A stretch of 54,411 bases of DNA, filler included, from Sluysia triapertura (taxonomy: Eukaryota), in the NCBI GenBank assembly GCA_046118255.1. It is 4 parts of 4 records of this genome, joined end to end, with 100 filler letters (N's around TTAATTAATTAA, not from the genome) between each part and the next. Parts side by side here need not be neighbours in the genome. Positions count along the whole stretch, not along the records: positions 43,643 to 54,411 come from JBJNIA010193703.1; 3 more parts are not named here. One strand, written 5' to 3'. The stretch's first letter is position 1, and each line of letters starts with the position of its first letter. The notes beneath the pieces are model-generated. The model was not told where the DNA came from, searched no databases, and was given only the letters and a program-made list of their open reading frames with translations. This document shows, piece by piece, positions 52,936-54,411 of the stretch. A program made the position numbers and the translations under genes.

Positions 52936-53489
52936 CAAATTCTACAAACTGAGTCAGGTGTTCCTATATTTAATTTTCCTTGATTAATTTTTGAAGCAAT
53001 AAACATTATTGGATCATTTCTCAAACTTTTTGTTTTTCCTGGTATTATAGATTCGGTTCTACTAAGTAACCATCGAGGTTCTTCTAATATTACGTCATCA
53101 TCATCTATTGGTCTATCAGTATATGTATCCATTAATCTTGCTTTATTAAAATCTAATGAAACTCCTTTTAGTTGAGACAGTACATTCATGCCTAATATCA
53201 TATCTTCGTAGAATTTTCTCATTACTCTACATTTTATTTCAATTTTATTTTGTCCAATTTCACATAATATTTTTAATACTCCTAATATTTCAATTTCGTC
53301 TCCAGAAACTCCTGTAAGGTACGAATGTTGTTTAGCTAGATTATTAAGTTCTTTAGTAGTTAACAATGATTCACTTATTAAAGAAGCTACGGCTCCTGTG
53401 TCTACTAATGCAGATAACATACTTCCATTAACCCTCATATCTACCATAGGTCTTTTTGCACTATTATAGTTATTATTCGTACATATCAT
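52935..53489 (-). pseudogene. Retropepsin aspartic protease fused to a post-deletion fragment
   Basis: RPMVDMRVNGSMLSALVDTGAVASLIS, LTGVSGDEIEILG, DMILGMNVL; no RT motifs follow. Confidence 0.88.
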
Positions 53490-54411
53490 ATAAACTAAAT
53501 TTTTTGAAGGTTGATATAATACTTTTTTCTTCTTTAGTTTGTTCAGAATTACTTACTTGTTCTATGTTAATTGTTTGTAAAGCAATCTCTTCTGTTTGGT
53601 TTCTTTCTTTTTTCCAAGCATTTAGTTGAGCATGAGCATGATGATGTGATGAAAATTTAGCTAGAAACGGGAAGCACCCTAATATTAATTTCCACGTAAA
53701 TCTAGATATTTTAGAAATACCTACTACAGAAAATATTTGTGATATTAAAAGAGCAATATACCTATCAATCCAGAAAAAGTTTGCCCTATTACTAAGAAAT
53801 TTCTCCAAATTTGTTTTAGAGTATTATGTGCTGCCTTTTGAAAATGATCTGGTCCTAATAATAATTCAAAATTTAGTTTTCCATCTTTTTCTATAATTGC
53901 TTTATCAACGATATCGGTTAATACTTTTGATCTCTCAATTGGGAATAAAATTTCGTGCCAAGCTGCTTGTATATCTTCATTAGAATACATTCCTGATCTT
54001 GGAATATTTTTGGTAGCTGAGAATTTTAATTTAGATTTTAATTCTGTTAAACCAATAGTTTCTGGAATTTTAACTTGACTTCTATGCGATAAAGATATTC
54101 AAAGATTATCATCAATTTTATATTCTGGTGCCATTACATTAGAACAGTGTAGTGCTTCGGTTTAAATTTATTGGTTAGCATAATTATTCTCGTAAATAAG
54201 TATTTTGATTTTTATATACTACTGGCAATTCATTTGTACAATCATTTTCTTGTCTAATTTGAACTTCTACTTTTTTACATTTATATGTATATAAAACTTC
54301 ACCCATTAGTCTACCGAATACTCCTTCTTCTAACGGAAGTAATGGTGCTACTAAATCTGGGTTAGTTATTGCTATCGCTAATTTAGTTCTAAGTATTTCT
54401 TTATTTAGTTG
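53473..54411 (-). pseudogene. Chuvirus-like / herpes gB-type (class III) envelope glycoprotein, C-terminal portion
   Basis: Manual translation: QLNKEILRTKLAIAITNPD..GVFGRLMGEVLYTYKCKKVEVQIRQENDCTNELPV..TRII..CSNVMAPEYKI..SGMYSNEDIQAAWHEILFPIERSKVL..IWRNFLVIGQTFSGLIGI..TWKLILG. Matches in order the motifs I recall from chuviral-type glycoproteins (GEV....C..VEV..R....C..ELPV; SGIYS.ED......I.FP.E). Confidence 0.8.

Larger units (their letters stand above)
51490..54411 (-). mobile_element. Decayed, internally deleted Ty3/gypsy-like LTR retroelement with envelope glycoprotein (extends beyond the window)
   Basis: Collinear minus-strand glycoprotein, retropepsin, integrase C-terminus, second retropepsin and TM ORF. 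Confidence 0.8.

Noticed and set aside
53745-53990. Gag, assigned by position upstream of the protease
   Set aside because: No CCHC knuckle or capsid-like features; it has glycoprotein motifs and TM segments instead.

Overview
AT-rich eukaryotic (metazoan-type) genomic DNA. It is four separate contigs joined by artificial 100-bp linkers (44 N + TTAATTAATTAA + 44 N at 16978-17077, 29934-30033, 43543-43642), so adjacency across linkers means nothing. Host genes: a complete CIAO1 with 28-35 nt introns, the last two exons of DCAF12, exon 1 of a rhodopsin-family peptide GPCR, and an EF-hand (CREC-like) exon. Most of the rest is decayed mobile DNA (Tc1/IS630, hAT, LINE and tRNA-derived remnants) and (ATT)n microsatellites. 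Two regions stand out. (1) 51490-54411 (-): a decayed Ty3/gypsy-like element ordered chuvirus/gB-type envelope glycoprotein -> aspartic protease -> integrase C-terminus (RT, RNase H and integrase core absent) -> second aspartic protease -> extra membrane protein. (2) ~3870-11507 (-): a dense, co-oriented, decayed virus-like cassette with three copies of an unrecognised protein domain, a RING-H2 gene, a multi-TM glycoprotein-like run, splice acceptors ahead of the genes and a GC-rich hairpin. My inference is that both derive from a family of large, enveloped, accessory-gene-rich retroelements. All family assignments are from motif recognition by eye; no searches were run. Tiny introns plus metazoan genes would fit a compact parasitic invertebrate such as an orthonectid, but the sequence alone does not establish the organism.
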